A stretch of 64,000 nucleotides of DNA, from the NCBI GenBank assembly GCA_033551855.1, contig JAWSUI010000001.1:160001-224000 (forward strand). The letters run 5' to 3'. Source of the stretch: Deferrisomatales bacterium. GTDB lineage: Bacteria; Desulfobacterota; Deferrisomatia; Deferrisomatales; JACRMM01. Positions 51,780-61,267 of this stretch are shown here, one piece after another; position 1 is the first letter of the stretch; each line of letters starts with the position of its first letter. The notes beneath the pieces were generated by a model that saw nothing but the letters and a program-made list of their open reading frames with translations, was not told the DNA's origin and searched no databases. Made by a program: the position numbers and the translations under genes.

Positions 51780-53726
51780 ATGGTCAACGCTCTGGATTTT
51801 GGCCTGATCCTGGTGGTGTTCGGGATTGCGGCCCTGGGCGCCTGGCGCAAGGTCCGCCGCATCGCGGTGGGCGCGCCGGAGGACCGCTTCGGCGACCTCA
51901 GGCGCCGCGTCGGCGAGGTTTGGCGGGGCGTGATCGCCCATCAGAAGGTGCTCCGAGAGCGGCCGGAAGGACTCCACCACCTCTTTCTGTTCGCAGCGTT
52001 CGTCGGCATGATCGCATTGATCGTGGTCGTGCAGGTGGCCTTCCGCCTGCCGGCGGCTCTCGCGGGGCCGGTGAGCCTGGCGGTGGAGCTCCTGGGACTC
52101 GCGGGCCTGTACGGGACGTACCGGCTGTACCGCCGGCGGTATACGGAAAAGCCGGACCGTCTGGACGAGAAACCCGAGGACCGGTGGGCCCTGTGGGCCC
52201 TGCTGGCGATCTTCGGCTCCGGCCTGCTCCTCACGGGGGCCCGCATCGGGGCCACGGGTGAGTGGTGGGATCTTTGGCACCCGGTTGGTTTCGTCCTGAG
52301 CCTCCCCTTCCGGGCGCTCCCCGTGGAGGCCACCGCCTGGGTCGTGCAGGTCCTCTGGCGGGTGCATCTGTTCCTGGTGCTGGTCACACTGGCGACGTTG
52401 CCCTTCGGCAAGCTCTCCCACGCCCTCTTCGGCGGGGCAAATCTCTTCTTCCAGAACCTGGGCCCGAAGGGCGCCTTCCGCCCGGTGGACATCGAGAACT
52501 CCGAGGTGTACGGCGTGGGGCAGGTGGAGAACTTCACCTGGAAGCAACTCCTGGACCTCGAGGCCTGCGTGCGCTGCGGCCGGTGCCAGGTCAAGTGCCC
52601 GGCCTATGCGACGGAGAAGACCCTGAACCCCAAGAAGGTGATCCAGGACCTCAAGAGCCATTGGGTCGCCAAGATGCCGGCGATCCGGCGGGGCGAGGCG
52701 GAGTCCTTCGCGGATCCCATGATCGACGGCGCCGGCGTCCACCAGGAGGACATCTGGTCCTGCACGACCTGCCGGGCCTGCATGGAGGCCTGCCCGCTGG
52801 GGATCGAGCACGTGGACAAGATCGTGGACATGCGTCGCCACCTGGTCCTCATGGAAGGCCAAATGCCGGCGGAGCTGGTCACCCTCAACAAGAACGTGGA
52901 GAACAACTTCAACCCCTGGGGCGTGGGCTGGTCGGCGCGGAACGACTGGATGAAGCGCCGGGGGGTGAATGCCCCCGTGCTCCCCGAGCTGGAGGGCCCC
53001 GACTTCGAGGTGCTCCTGTGGGTCGGGTGCGCCGGCGCGTACGACGACCGGTACCAGCGGGTGATGGGCTCGGTGGTCCGGTTGCTCGACCGCGCCGGGG
53101 TGCGGTGCGGGATCCTCGGAACCCAGGAGAAGTGCTGCGGGGATCCGGCGCGGTCGTCGGGCAACGAGTACCTGTACCAGAGCCTCGTCGCCGAGAACAT
53201 CGCCGCCATGGACGCCTTGGGGGTGAAGAAGATCCTCGCCCCTTGCCCGCACTGTGCGAAGACCCTCGGGAAGGAGTACCCCCAGTTCGGGGGCAACTAC
53301 GAGGTCGTGCACCACGCCGAGTTCCTCCTGGGGCTCGTGGCCGAAGGCCGGCTGAAGGTGGTGCGGGAGCTCCCGGCGAAGGTCACCCTGCACGACTCCT
53401 GTTACCTGTCCCGGTACGCGGGGACGGTCGAAGAGCCGCGGGATCTGCTGCGGTCGGTGGGCGGGGTGGAGTTGGTGGAGATGGACCGCTGCCGGGAGGA
53501 CAACTTCTGCTGCGGGGCCGGTGGGGCTCGCATGTGGATGGAAGAGGAGAATCCTCGGATCAACAACGTGCGGGCCGAGCAGGCCCTGGCCACGGGAGCC
53601 GGCGTGATCGGCTCGGCGTGCCCTTTCTGCCTCACCATGCTCTCGGACGGCGTGAAGGCGCACAAGCGGGAGGAGGATGTGCAGGTGCTGGACATCGCCG
53701 AGATCCTCGAGAAGGCGCTGCCCTGA
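51780..53726 (+). CDS. Membrane FeS/CCG oxidoreductase, FadF/EMO-type ETF:quinone oxidoreductase
   Basis: NarI-like TM domain with His residues (LHH, RVH, LSH), CVRCGRCQVKCP, CTTCRACMEACP and two CCG domains; directly follows etfA. Confidence 0.85.
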   Translation: MVNALDFGLILVVFGIAALGAWRKVRRIAVGAPEDRFGDLRRRVGEVWRGVIAHQKVLRERPEGLHHLFLFAAFVGMIALIVVVQVAFRLPAALAGPVSLAVELLGLAGLYGTYRLYRRRYTEKPDRLDEKPEDRWALWALLAIFGSGLLLTGARIGATGEWWDLWHPVGFVLSLPFRALPVEATAWVVQVLWRVHLFLVLVTLATLPFGKLSHALFGGANLFFQNLGPKGAFRPVDIENSEVYGVGQVENFTWKQLLDLEACVRCGRCQVKCPAYATEKTLNPKKVIQDLKSHWVAKMPAIRRGEAESFADPMIDGAGVHQEDIWSCTTCRACMEACPLGIEHVDKIVDMRRHLVLMEGQMPAELVTLNKNVENNFNPWGVGWSARNDWMKRRGVNAPVLPELEGPDFEVLLWVGCAGAYDDRYQRVMGSVVRLLDRAGVRCGILGTQEKCCGDPARSSGNEYLYQSLVAENIAAMDALGVKKILAPCPHCAKTLGKEYPQFGGNYEVVHHAEFLLGLVAEGRLKVVRELPAKVTLHDSCYLSRYAGTVEEPRDLLRSVGGVELVEMDRCREDNFCCGAGGARMWMEEENPRINNVRAEQALATGAGVIGSACPFCLTMLSDGVKAHKREEDVQVLDIAEILEKALP

Positions 53727-53746
53727 TGGGCTGGGGAGGAGTCGTC

Positions 53747-54700
53747 ATGAAACGATGCGCCGCAGTCCTCGTTGGCTTGGCGTGCGCCCTGGGGGCAGCC
53801 CACGCGACCGAGCCGGCTCCGGGGTTCACCCCTCCGGGGCGGACCATCGCCAAGCCCTACACCAACGACAAGTGCCTGAACAACTGCCACGCACTGCCCG
53901 GCCTCGGGGCCACCGGTTCCCACGGGGTGTTGCGCAACCTCTACGTGGACCCCCAGGGGTATTTGCTGTCCACCCACGGCCAGAAGGGGATCGAGTGCGT
54001 CGACTGCCACGCCGACGCGGACCCCAACTTCCACCCGCGCACCGGGTATGCCCAGGTGGACTGCCGGGCCTGCCACGCCGAGGTGCCGCCGGAGGGCGTG
54101 TTCCCCCCCGACGCGTTGCAGCGCCTCGATGCCAAGGGGATCAAACGGCCCCCGAAGGAGGCCCTGAAGGGCGAGGGCTGGGCCAAGACCAAGCACGCGA
54201 AGGCCTGGGAGGAAGGAAACCCGGCGGCCCCCTCCTGTGCCCACTGCCACACGGCACACTACCAGCGCCACAGCCGGGACCCCGCCTCGACGGTCCACCG
54301 CCGGGAACTGGCGGCCACCTGCGGGATGTGCCACGTGGACCAGGTGCGGTCCTACGACGTAGGGGGTGTCCTGGCTCGGTTCCGGCTGGGGGCCCACGGC
54401 AAGGGGGACCTCTCCAGCCGCTACAGCGTGAGGGAGTGCCTCAGCTGCCACCAGGGCGAGGGGGCCCACGGGGAGGAGACGGTCACCGGCCAGTCGTGCC
54501 CGTCCTGCCACCGCGTCCCGACGGAGCCCGGCGACCGGACGGTGTCGTCCCTGCACATCCGGCCGCAGGCTGCGGATCAACCGGTGGCGTGGGCGCTGCG
54601 CTGGGGCTACACGGCGCTCTTCTGGGGGGGAGTGGCGGTGGCCGGAGTGGCCGTCCTCTTCCTGGGATTCTCCACCCTCTACCGCCGCAGTGACGGCTGA
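53747..54700 (+). CDS. Periplasmic multiheme cytochrome c (6 CxxCH plus CLNNCH) with C-terminal TM anchor
   Basis: Signal peptide MKRCAAVLVG...; CLNNCH, CVDCH, CRACH, CAHCH, CGMCH, CLSCH and CPSCH. Confidence 0.88.
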   Translation: MKRCAAVLVGLACALGAAHATEPAPGFTPPGRTIAKPYTNDKCLNNCHALPGLGATGSHGVLRNLYVDPQGYLLSTHGQKGIECVDCHADADPNFHPRTGYAQVDCRACHAEVPPEGVFPPDALQRLDAKGIKRPPKEALKGEGWAKTKHAKAWEEGNPAAPSCAHCHTAHYQRHSRDPASTVHRRELAATCGMCHVDQVRSYDVGGVLARFRLGAHGKGDLSSRYSVRECLSCHQGEGAHGEETVTGQSCPSCHRVPTEPGDRTVSSLHIRPQAADQPVAWALRWGYTALFWGGVAVAGVAVLFLGFSTLYRRSDG

Positions 54701-54720
54701 GCGCTGCAGGAGCGGGCCCG

Positions 54721-55314
54721 ATGTCGAAGAAGCGTTACGGATTCCTGATCGACCTGAGGAAGTGCATCGGCTGCCGCACCTGCCAGGTGGCGTGCAAGGC
54801 CGAGAACGACGTGCCACTGGGGGTCTACCGCACTTGGGTGAAGGAGGTGGAGAAGGGCACCTACCCCAATGCGCGCCGACACTATATCCCGGTGGTGTGC
54901 AATCAGTGTGCGGAGCCCGCGTGCACCACCGTGTGCCCGGTCATCGCGACCTACGCCCTGGACAACGGGATCGTCTACATCGATCCCCACCGGTGCATCG
55001 GGTGCGGGTACTGCAAGGCGGCGTGCCCCTACGCGGTGCGGTTCCTCCATCCCACGCGGGGCGTGGTGGAGAAGTGCGATTGGTGCTGGCCCCGGGTGCG
55101 CGAGGGCCACGGGCCCCCGGCCTGCGTGGCGGCTTGCCCCACCGACGCCATGCTCTTCGGGGACCTCGAGGACCCCGAGAGCGCCATCTCGGTGGCCTTG
55201 GCCCGGGAGCCGGCGGCGGTGCTAAAGCCCGAGTCCGGAAACGTCCCTCAGGCGTTCTACGTCGGCCTCGACGACGAGGCGTCGCGCCTCGTCCCCCACG
55301 GCGGGGAGGAGTGA
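54721..55314 (+). CDS. Four-cluster FeS protein (NrfC/PsrB/TtrB family)
   Basis: CIGCRTCQVAC, CNQCAEPACTTVCP, CIGCGYCKAACPY and KCDWC...ACP. Confidence 0.92.
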   Translation: MSKKRYGFLIDLRKCIGCRTCQVACKAENDVPLGVYRTWVKEVEKGTYPNARRHYIPVVCNQCAEPACTTVCPVIATYALDNGIVYIDPHRCIGCGYCKAACPYAVRFLHPTRGVVEKCDWCWPRVREGHGPPACVAACPTDAMLFGDLEDPESAISVALAREPAAVLKPESGNVPQAFYVGLDDEASRLVPHGGEE

Positions 55315-55318
55315 GGAC

Positions 55319-56209
55319 ATGACCCTGCTCTACACCGTTCCCCACCAGGAGGCTTTCGGCCTTTCCATCGCCATCTACTTCTACTTGACGGGCCTGTCGG
55401 CCGGCTCCTTCATCATCTCGACCCTGGCCTACGGCTTCGGCTTCGAGAAGTACAAGCCGCTGGGGAAGATCGGGGTCGTGATCGCGACGCTGCTGCTCAT
55501 CGCGGCGCCGATGTTCCTCCTCCTGCACTCGGGGCGGCCGCTGCGGGCCTGGCACCTGTTCGTCTACATCAACGCCACGAGTCCGATCTCCTGGGGCTCC
55601 TTCCTTCTGACGCTCTACCCGATCAACTGCGTCGTTTACGGGTACTTCATGTTTCGGGGCAATGCCAAGCTGACGAAGCTCTTCGGCCTGATCGGCATCC
55701 CCCTGGCCCTCATGGTCCATGGCTACACGGGGTTCATCCTGAGCTTCGCCAAGGCCCACGTCCTATGGCGCTCCAGCATGATGCCCATCCTGTTCCTCAC
55801 GTCGGCCCTCGTGTCCGGCGTGGCCATGATGATCCTCGTGACGATCATCAAGGATCGCTTCTTCAGCGAGAAGCGCGAGGTGAACACCGAGGTCGTCTTC
55901 GGGCTCGGGAAGATGCTCCTGTGGCTCCTCGTCTTCGACCTCTTCCTCAGCCTCTCGGACGTGGGGGTTCACTATTTCGGCGAGCGGGAGTCCATGGAGA
56001 CCTCGCGGCTCTTCCTGACCGGGGCCTTCGCGCCGCTCTTCCTGGGGGTCGAGACCCTGATGGGCAAGCTGATCCCCCTGGGCCTGGTGGCCTCGCCGCG
56101 CACGCGCAACGTGGCCGTCTTCGGGTTTGCGGCGCTGCTGGTGATGATCGGAATTTTCGTCATGCGCTACAACGTGGTCCTTGGAGGCGAGTTCATCCCG
56201 CTGTTGTGA
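55319..56209 (+). CDS. NrfD/PsrC-family integral membrane quinone-interacting subunit
   Basis: IAIYFYLTGLSAG, LLHSGRP, TSPISWG, GYTGFIL and about 8 TM helices. Confidence 0.9.
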   Translation: MTLLYTVPHQEAFGLSIAIYFYLTGLSAGSFIISTLAYGFGFEKYKPLGKIGVVIATLLLIAAPMFLLLHSGRPLRAWHLFVYINATSPISWGSFLLTLYPINCVVYGYFMFRGNAKLTKLFGLIGIPLALMVHGYTGFILSFAKAHVLWRSSMMPILFLTSALVSGVAMMILVTIIKDRFFSEKREVNTEVVFGLGKMLLWLLVFDLFLSLSDVGVHYFGERESMETSRLFLTGAFAPLFLGVETLMGKLIPLGLVASPRTRNVAVFGFAALLVMIGIFVMRYNVVLGGEFIPLL

Positions 56210-56244
56210 GGGGAAGAGCCCGCTGCGGGCTGTGAGGGGAGACC

Positions 56245-58527
56245 ATGACCGAGCTGAGCCGTCGTCAGTTCCTGGCCGTAGGGGCCACCGGCGCCGCGGG
56301 CCTGGCGTTCGAGAACAAGGCACGGGTGCTGCGCGCCCCGGAGAAGCCCTGGAACGAAGGGACCGGACGAGCGCTGCGAAAATTTCTCGATCCGATCCCG
56401 ACCGCGTGCGTGGGGTGCGCCTGCCACTGCGCTTTGGTCGCCTATCGGGACGGCGACCGGGTGAGCCAGGTGGCCCCCAACCCCCGGGCCCTCTCCGGCG
56501 GAAAGCTGTGTGCTCGCGCCTACCAAGGCCTAGAGGCCCTCTACGATCCCGAACGGGTGCTCCGCCCCCTGCGCCGCGCCGGTGCCAGGGGGGAGGGCCG
56601 GTGGGAGCCCGTCTCCTGGGAGGAGGCCGCGGATCAGGTGTCCCGCGCCCTGGCGCAGTCGCCGACGGGGGCGTGCGTCGATTCGGGGCGGCCCGATCCC
56701 CTGGCGGGAGAGCTCCTGCCCCGGCTCGGGGTGCAGCATCGGGTAACCCACGACGCGTCGCGGCGCTGGGCGTCCCTCGCTTCCCAACGGGCCGTGTACG
56801 GCCTTCCGCTGGGGGTTCCGGACTTGCGTCGGCCCCGCACGGTCCTTCTCGCGGGGGCGCGGCCCCTGGACGAGGGGCCGCACTTTGCCGCCCTCGCCCG
56901 GGAGTTGACCCGGGCGCGCGCAGCCGGCGCGGCGATTGTCTCCGTCAGCCCCTTCGCGGGGGCGACCGGCAGCCTCGCCTCGGAGTGGATCCCCTGCCGC
57001 CCCGGCACCGAGGCCGTCGTGCTCCTGGGGATCGCCCGGGAGCTCCTCGCCCGCCGGTCGTTCGACCCGACGGTCTTCGGCCGTTTCGTCCAGGGGACTG
57101 CGGAAGAGCTCCAGGCGGCCTTGGCTCCCTACACGGCCGAGGAGGTCGAGGCGGTCGCGGGTGTCCCCGGACGGCTCCTGTCCCGGGCGACGGAGCGGCT
57201 CGCTGGGGTGGGACCGGCCCTCTGCCTGGCCGACGGGTCCGGCAGGCCCGAGGCGGGCTCCTTGGAGGCCGCCTGTGCGTTGGTCAACGCCCTGGGCGGT
57301 GACCCGGAGGAAGCCGGCCTGCGGCTCGCCCGCTCTCCCGGGTGGCTCCCGGAGGCGGAGCCCACGTCCACGCGGGAGGGGGTCGTGAAGGGGATCCTCG
57401 ACGGCACCCAGCGGGTGCCCGTGTACCTCGCCTACCGCTCCAACCCGGTCTATTGGAGCCCCCAGAGCCGAGCTGTCGCGGAGGCGTTCCAGGACGAGGG
57501 GCGGATCGGGCTCCTGGTGGCCATGGACACGCACCTCACCGAGACGGCCCAATTGGCCGACCTGGTCCTTCCCGCCGCGACGGACTTGGAGATGTGGAAC
57601 CTACTGGGCGGGTACACGCCGGAAGGCAAGGTGTACGCCGTACTGCAGCAGCCCGCCCAGCGGCGGCCCCCCGAGCCGGTGCTCCTGCGCAGCCCGGATG
57701 TCCCCTTGGAGCGGCTCTTCGACGGCCCGGGAACCGGCCCGTTGGGAGAGGCCCTGCAGTTGGGCGACTTCCTCCTGCAGGTTGCCGGCCGCCGGGGCAC
57801 GGAGCTCCCCTACTCCGACTGCGGCGCCTACGTGCGCGAACAGGCGGAGCGCGCCGGCCTCCTCGAGGCCCGGGGGGACTACGGGGGGCTGCTCCGGGAT
57901 GGGTATTGGGAGGGCCCCGCCTCGTACCCGCGGGCCGCCGATGTGGGGTTCCCCACGCCGACCGGCCTCCTCCAAGTGGCAGACGCCCTCTCCCGGAGAG
58001 GCGCTCCGGAGGGGGAGCCCCTGGGAGGGAATGCTTTCGGGCTCGTCGTCCTCAGCTACCCCGAGCTCGGCGCTGGATACGCGAATACCCGCTGGGGGCG
58101 GGAAGTTCGCTACCGGAACCCCGTCTACCTCCAGGCGGAGCGGGCGCGCAGCCTGGGCCTCAGAGCCGGTGACCGGGTCCAGCTTACCACCTCGGCAGGC
58201 CAGGCCGTGGGCCGGGTCCTCCCCGTTCAGGGGATCCACCCGGATGCCGTGGCGGTGGCGGAGGACTTCGGCCACTGGGCCGGGGGGGTGGCGGCTACCG
58301 CCCGGAACGAGGCCACGGGCGACAAGCGCCAGCCGGTGCTCGTGAGCCGCAAGGACCTCCTCACCAATCCCCTGGGCGTGAGCCGGAAGGGGACCGCGCC
58401 GGGGGAGATTCCCTGGTGGCACGCCCATGGGGCCGGGCTGTCCGTGGCCGAGCTGAGCCCCTTTGCCCTCGACGAGCACGGCGCCCAGGTGCGGCAGGGT
58501 GTTCGTGTGACGATCCGCCGGGCCTGA
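56245..58527 (+). CDS. Tat-exported molybdopterin-oxidoreductase-family subunit (PsrA/TtrA-like), probably non-catalytic
   Basis: Tat motif SRRQFL, CVGCACHC...KLC FS0 motif, GEGRWEPVSWEEA and TETAQLADLVLP; cofactor motifs are degenerate. Confidence 0.82.
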   Translation: MTELSRRQFLAVGATGAAGLAFENKARVLRAPEKPWNEGTGRALRKFLDPIPTACVGCACHCALVAYRDGDRVSQVAPNPRALSGGKLCARAYQGLEALYDPERVLRPLRRAGARGEGRWEPVSWEEAADQVSRALAQSPTGACVDSGRPDPLAGELLPRLGVQHRVTHDASRRWASLASQRAVYGLPLGVPDLRRPRTVLLAGARPLDEGPHFAALARELTRARAAGAAIVSVSPFAGATGSLASEWIPCRPGTEAVVLLGIARELLARRSFDPTVFGRFVQGTAEELQAALAPYTAEEVEAVAGVPGRLLSRATERLAGVGPALCLADGSGRPEAGSLEAACALVNALGGDPEEAGLRLARSPGWLPEAEPTSTREGVVKGILDGTQRVPVYLAYRSNPVYWSPQSRAVAEAFQDEGRIGLLVAMDTHLTETAQLADLVLPAATDLEMWNLLGGYTPEGKVYAVLQQPAQRRPPEPVLLRSPDVPLERLFDGPGTGPLGEALQLGDFLLQVAGRRGTELPYSDCGAYVREQAERAGLLEARGDYGGLLRDGYWEGPASYPRAADVGFPTPTGLLQVADALSRRGAPEGEPLGGNAFGLVVLSYPELGAGYANTRWGREVRYRNPVYLQAERARSLGLRAGDRVQLTTSAGQAVGRVLPVQGIHPDAVAVAEDFGHWAGGVAATARNEATGDKRQPVLVSRKDLLTNPLGVSRKGTAPGEIPWWHAHGAGLSVAELSPFALDEHGAQVRQGVRVTIRRA

Positions 58528-58547
58528 GACGGAAGGAGCAGATCCCC

Positions 58548-60008
58548 ATGTTCGTGATCAAGCGCCTTGGGCAGATGACCAAGGGAGGCATCGCGGGCTT
58601 CCTCGCCGTGCTGGCCCTGGCCGGCGTCGCGGTGTTTTTCTGGGGTGCCCGGACCATCAACGTCACGCCGGCCCAGTGCGTGACCTGCCATGCCGAGCTG
58701 ACGGAGATGTGGCAGCGAAGCCAGGGGCACCCGGCGGAGAAAGTGACCTGCCACCAGTGCCATGCCCCCCACGCCGCCTTGCCGGAGTCGCCCAACCTGA
58801 TAGCGTTCGTACGGGACCAGCTGATTCCCGAGAAGTACCTGGCGACGGACGAGCGCATCGCCGCGCGGTGTGAGGAATGCCACGGGGAGGTGCGGGCTTC
58901 CGGGACGGGGCTCGGCGCCGTCCAGGCCAAGGGGGCCCTTCGCTCCGCGTTGTCGGCGGCCCTGGCCGGAGCCCCGGAAGTGCGGGCCCTCGTCGTGCCC
59001 ACGGGGGCCCTCGGCGCCGAGGACGTGGTGCGCGGCGAAGCACTCGGGGCGTCCGCGGTCCGCTATCTGCGGGATCGGGAGTGGGTGGGGGCTGCCCGTG
59101 GGGTGGCCGGCGACCGGTGGCAGGCCGTCCTGGACTCGCTTCGTGAGGATCTGGGAGCGGTGGCCGCCGTGCAGGTTCCCGCGGCTCCGGAGGCGGAGGC
59201 CCGGCTCGCCCCGGCGCTCGCGGAGCTTCGGGGAGCGGCCCAGGCACTCCTGGCGGACCTGCCTCGGGGCCCCCTTCCGCCACGGGGGGAAGAGCTCCGG
59301 ATCGTCTCGGGGGTCCTGCGACCGCTGGAGGCAGCGGAGGCTCGGCCAGAGGACGCCGTGACGCCCGTGCTGCCGGCCCCTGCGCGGGCCCTTGCGGAGG
59401 GGGTGCTGTTCGCCCTTTCCTCGGTGGCGGAGGGGCTCGAGGCCGAAGACGGGTTGCCGTATGATGGGGTGGGTCTCGATGGGGAACGGGTGGCGGCGCT
59501 GCAGCGGACGCTCGACGAGCTCGCGCAGTACCTGCGGGACGCCGAGGAGGCCAAGCTCTCGGCGGCGGCCGCCGGGTCCCTGGAGGCGGCGGTGGGTTGG
59601 CTCCCCGTCGTGGAGTCCGAGGACGGTCTGCGCCTGGAATTGAGCGTCGAGCCCGTCGCCCCCCGACCCGGTGAGGAAGGGTTCGTCGCTCTGGACCTGG
59701 TGGAGTTGGTCGGCGCGGCGCTGGATGCCTTCGACGAGCTCGGGAGGGGGCTCGAGGAGCGCAAGGTGGTCCAGGCAAACCACAAGGTCCACTTGGTGGC
59801 CGCCCGGGACGAGCGCGGGGAGCTCCTGGGTCTCGGCTGTCTGGACTGCCACCGGAGCATCGCCCACGACAAGAACCGGCTGGAGACCAATCGGGCGACC
59901 ATGGCCGGGTGCTTCGCGGGCCAGTGCCACCAGGCAGACCGCAACAAGGACAACTGCCGGCGGTGTCACTATCAGCACCTGGTCGAGCCCGGCCAGGAAG
60001 TGCTGTAG
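58548..60008 (+). CDS. Membrane-anchored multiheme cytochrome c with large heme-free central segment
   Basis: N-terminal TM helix; CVTCH, CHQCH, CEECH, a ~318-aa gap, then CLDCH, CFAGQCH and CRRCH. Confidence 0.82.
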   Translation: MFVIKRLGQMTKGGIAGFLAVLALAGVAVFFWGARTINVTPAQCVTCHAELTEMWQRSQGHPAEKVTCHQCHAPHAALPESPNLIAFVRDQLIPEKYLATDERIAARCEECHGEVRASGTGLGAVQAKGALRSALSAALAGAPEVRALVVPTGALGAEDVVRGEALGASAVRYLRDREWVGAARGVAGDRWQAVLDSLREDLGAVAAVQVPAAPEAEARLAPALAELRGAAQALLADLPRGPLPPRGEELRIVSGVLRPLEAAEARPEDAVTPVLPAPARALAEGVLFALSSVAEGLEAEDGLPYDGVGLDGERVAALQRTLDELAQYLRDAEEAKLSAAAAGSLEAAVGWLPVVESEDGLRLELSVEPVAPRPGEEGFVALDLVELVGAALDAFDELGRGLEERKVVQANHKVHLVAARDERGELLGLGCLDCHRSIAHDKNRLETNRATMAGCFAGQCHQADRNKDNCRRCHYQHLVEPGQEVL

Positions 60009-60078
60009 AGTACCCGTTTTCGCGGGCGGTCTTCCGCCGCGGGTGCGGGGGACGGGTGAGCCCCCGAGAGAGGTCTCC

Positions 60079-61221
60079 ATGGAGCTCGAGCTTACGGAGG
60101 AACAGCGCCTGGTCCAGGAGATGGTGCGCCGCTTCGCGGAGAACGAGATCGCACCCATCGCCGACGAGATCGACCGGAGCGAGACCTTCCCCCGGGAAAC
60201 CCTCAAGAAGATGGCCGAGCTGGGGCTCATGAGCATGCTCGTGCCCGAGGAATCCGGGGGAACGGGCATGGGGGCCGTGGCCTACTGCCTCGCCCTCCTG
60301 GAGATAGGGGCGGCCTGCTCGAGCCACGCGGTCACGACCTCGGTGACGAACATGGTGTGCGAGGGGATCCACCGTTTCGGCACACCGGAGCAGCGAGCCC
60401 GTTACATCCCCCGCATCTCCTCCGGGGAATACGCCGCTGCCGCCTTCGCCCTCACCGAGCCCAACGCCGGGTCCGACGCCGGCAGCCTGCGAACCACGGC
60501 GGATCGGGACGGCAGTCACTACGTGCTCAACGGCACCAAGGTCTTCATCACGTCGGGCTCCTACGCCGGGGTCTTCATGGTGGCAGCCAAGACCGACCGG
60601 GACGCTGGGAAGGCCGGCATGAGCGTCTTTCTGGTGGAACGCGACACCCCCGGGCTGAAGGTGGGCCGGAAGGAGGAGAAGCTCGGACAGAGGGCCTCCG
60701 ACACCGTGGAGATCGTCCTCGAGGAGTGCCGGGTGCCCGCCGAGAACCGGCTGGGCTCCGAGGGAGACGGGTTCAAGATCATGCTCTCGAGCCTGGACGG
60801 CGGGCGCATCGGGATCTCGGCGAATTCCTGCGGCCTGGCCCGGGCGGCCTTGACCTCCGCGGCCAACTATGCGAAAGAGCGGCGCCAGTTCGGCCGGCCC
60901 ATCGCCGATTTCCAGGCCATCCAGTGGAAGCTCGCGGAGATGGCCACGCAACTCGACGCGGCGACCTTGTTGACGCTGCGCGCCGCCCAGAAGAAGGAAG
61001 CCGGCAGGGGCTACACCCAGGAGGCCAGCATGGCCAAGGTCTACGCCACAGAGATGGTGCAGCGCGTCTGTCGAGAGGCCATCCAGATCCACGGCGGCTA
61101 CGGTTACATTCGGGAATATCCCGTGGAGCGCTACTTCCGGGATTCCATGGCGGTTACCCTGTATGAGGGCACGAGCGAGGTGCAGCGCCTCGTCATCTCG
61201 CGCAACCTGCTGGCGAGCTGA
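60079..61221 (+). CDS. Acyl-CoA dehydrogenase (second paralogue)
   Basis: [23 protein letters not shown] and [10 protein letters not shown]. Confidence 0.93.
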   Translation: MELELTEEQRLVQEMVRRFAENEIAPIADEIDRSETFPRETLKKMAELGLMSMLVPEESGGTGMGAVAYCLALLEIGAACSSHAVTTSVTNMVCEGIHRFGTPEQRARYIPRISSGEYAAAAFALTEPNAGSDAGSLRTTADRDGSHYVLNGTKVFITSGSYAGVFMVAAKTDRDAGKAGMSVFLVERDTPGLKVGRKEEKLGQRASDTVEIVLEECRVPAENRLGSEGDGFKIMLSSLDGGRIGISANSCGLARAALTSAANYAKERRQFGRPIADFQAIQWKLAEMATQLDAATLLTLRAAQKKEAGRGYTQEASMAKVYATEMVQRVCREAIQIHGGYGYIREYPVERYFRDSMAVTLYEGTSEVQRLVISRNLLAS

Positions 61222-61267
61222 GCGGGCGCCGGGAGGCTCCCTCGTGCTTCCTCGGGAAGGATCGACG

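Noticed and set aside
56245..58527. Annotation as an active polysulfide, tetrathionate or arsenate reductase
   Set aside because: The Cys Mo ligand and several cofactor-binding motifs appear to be substituted.
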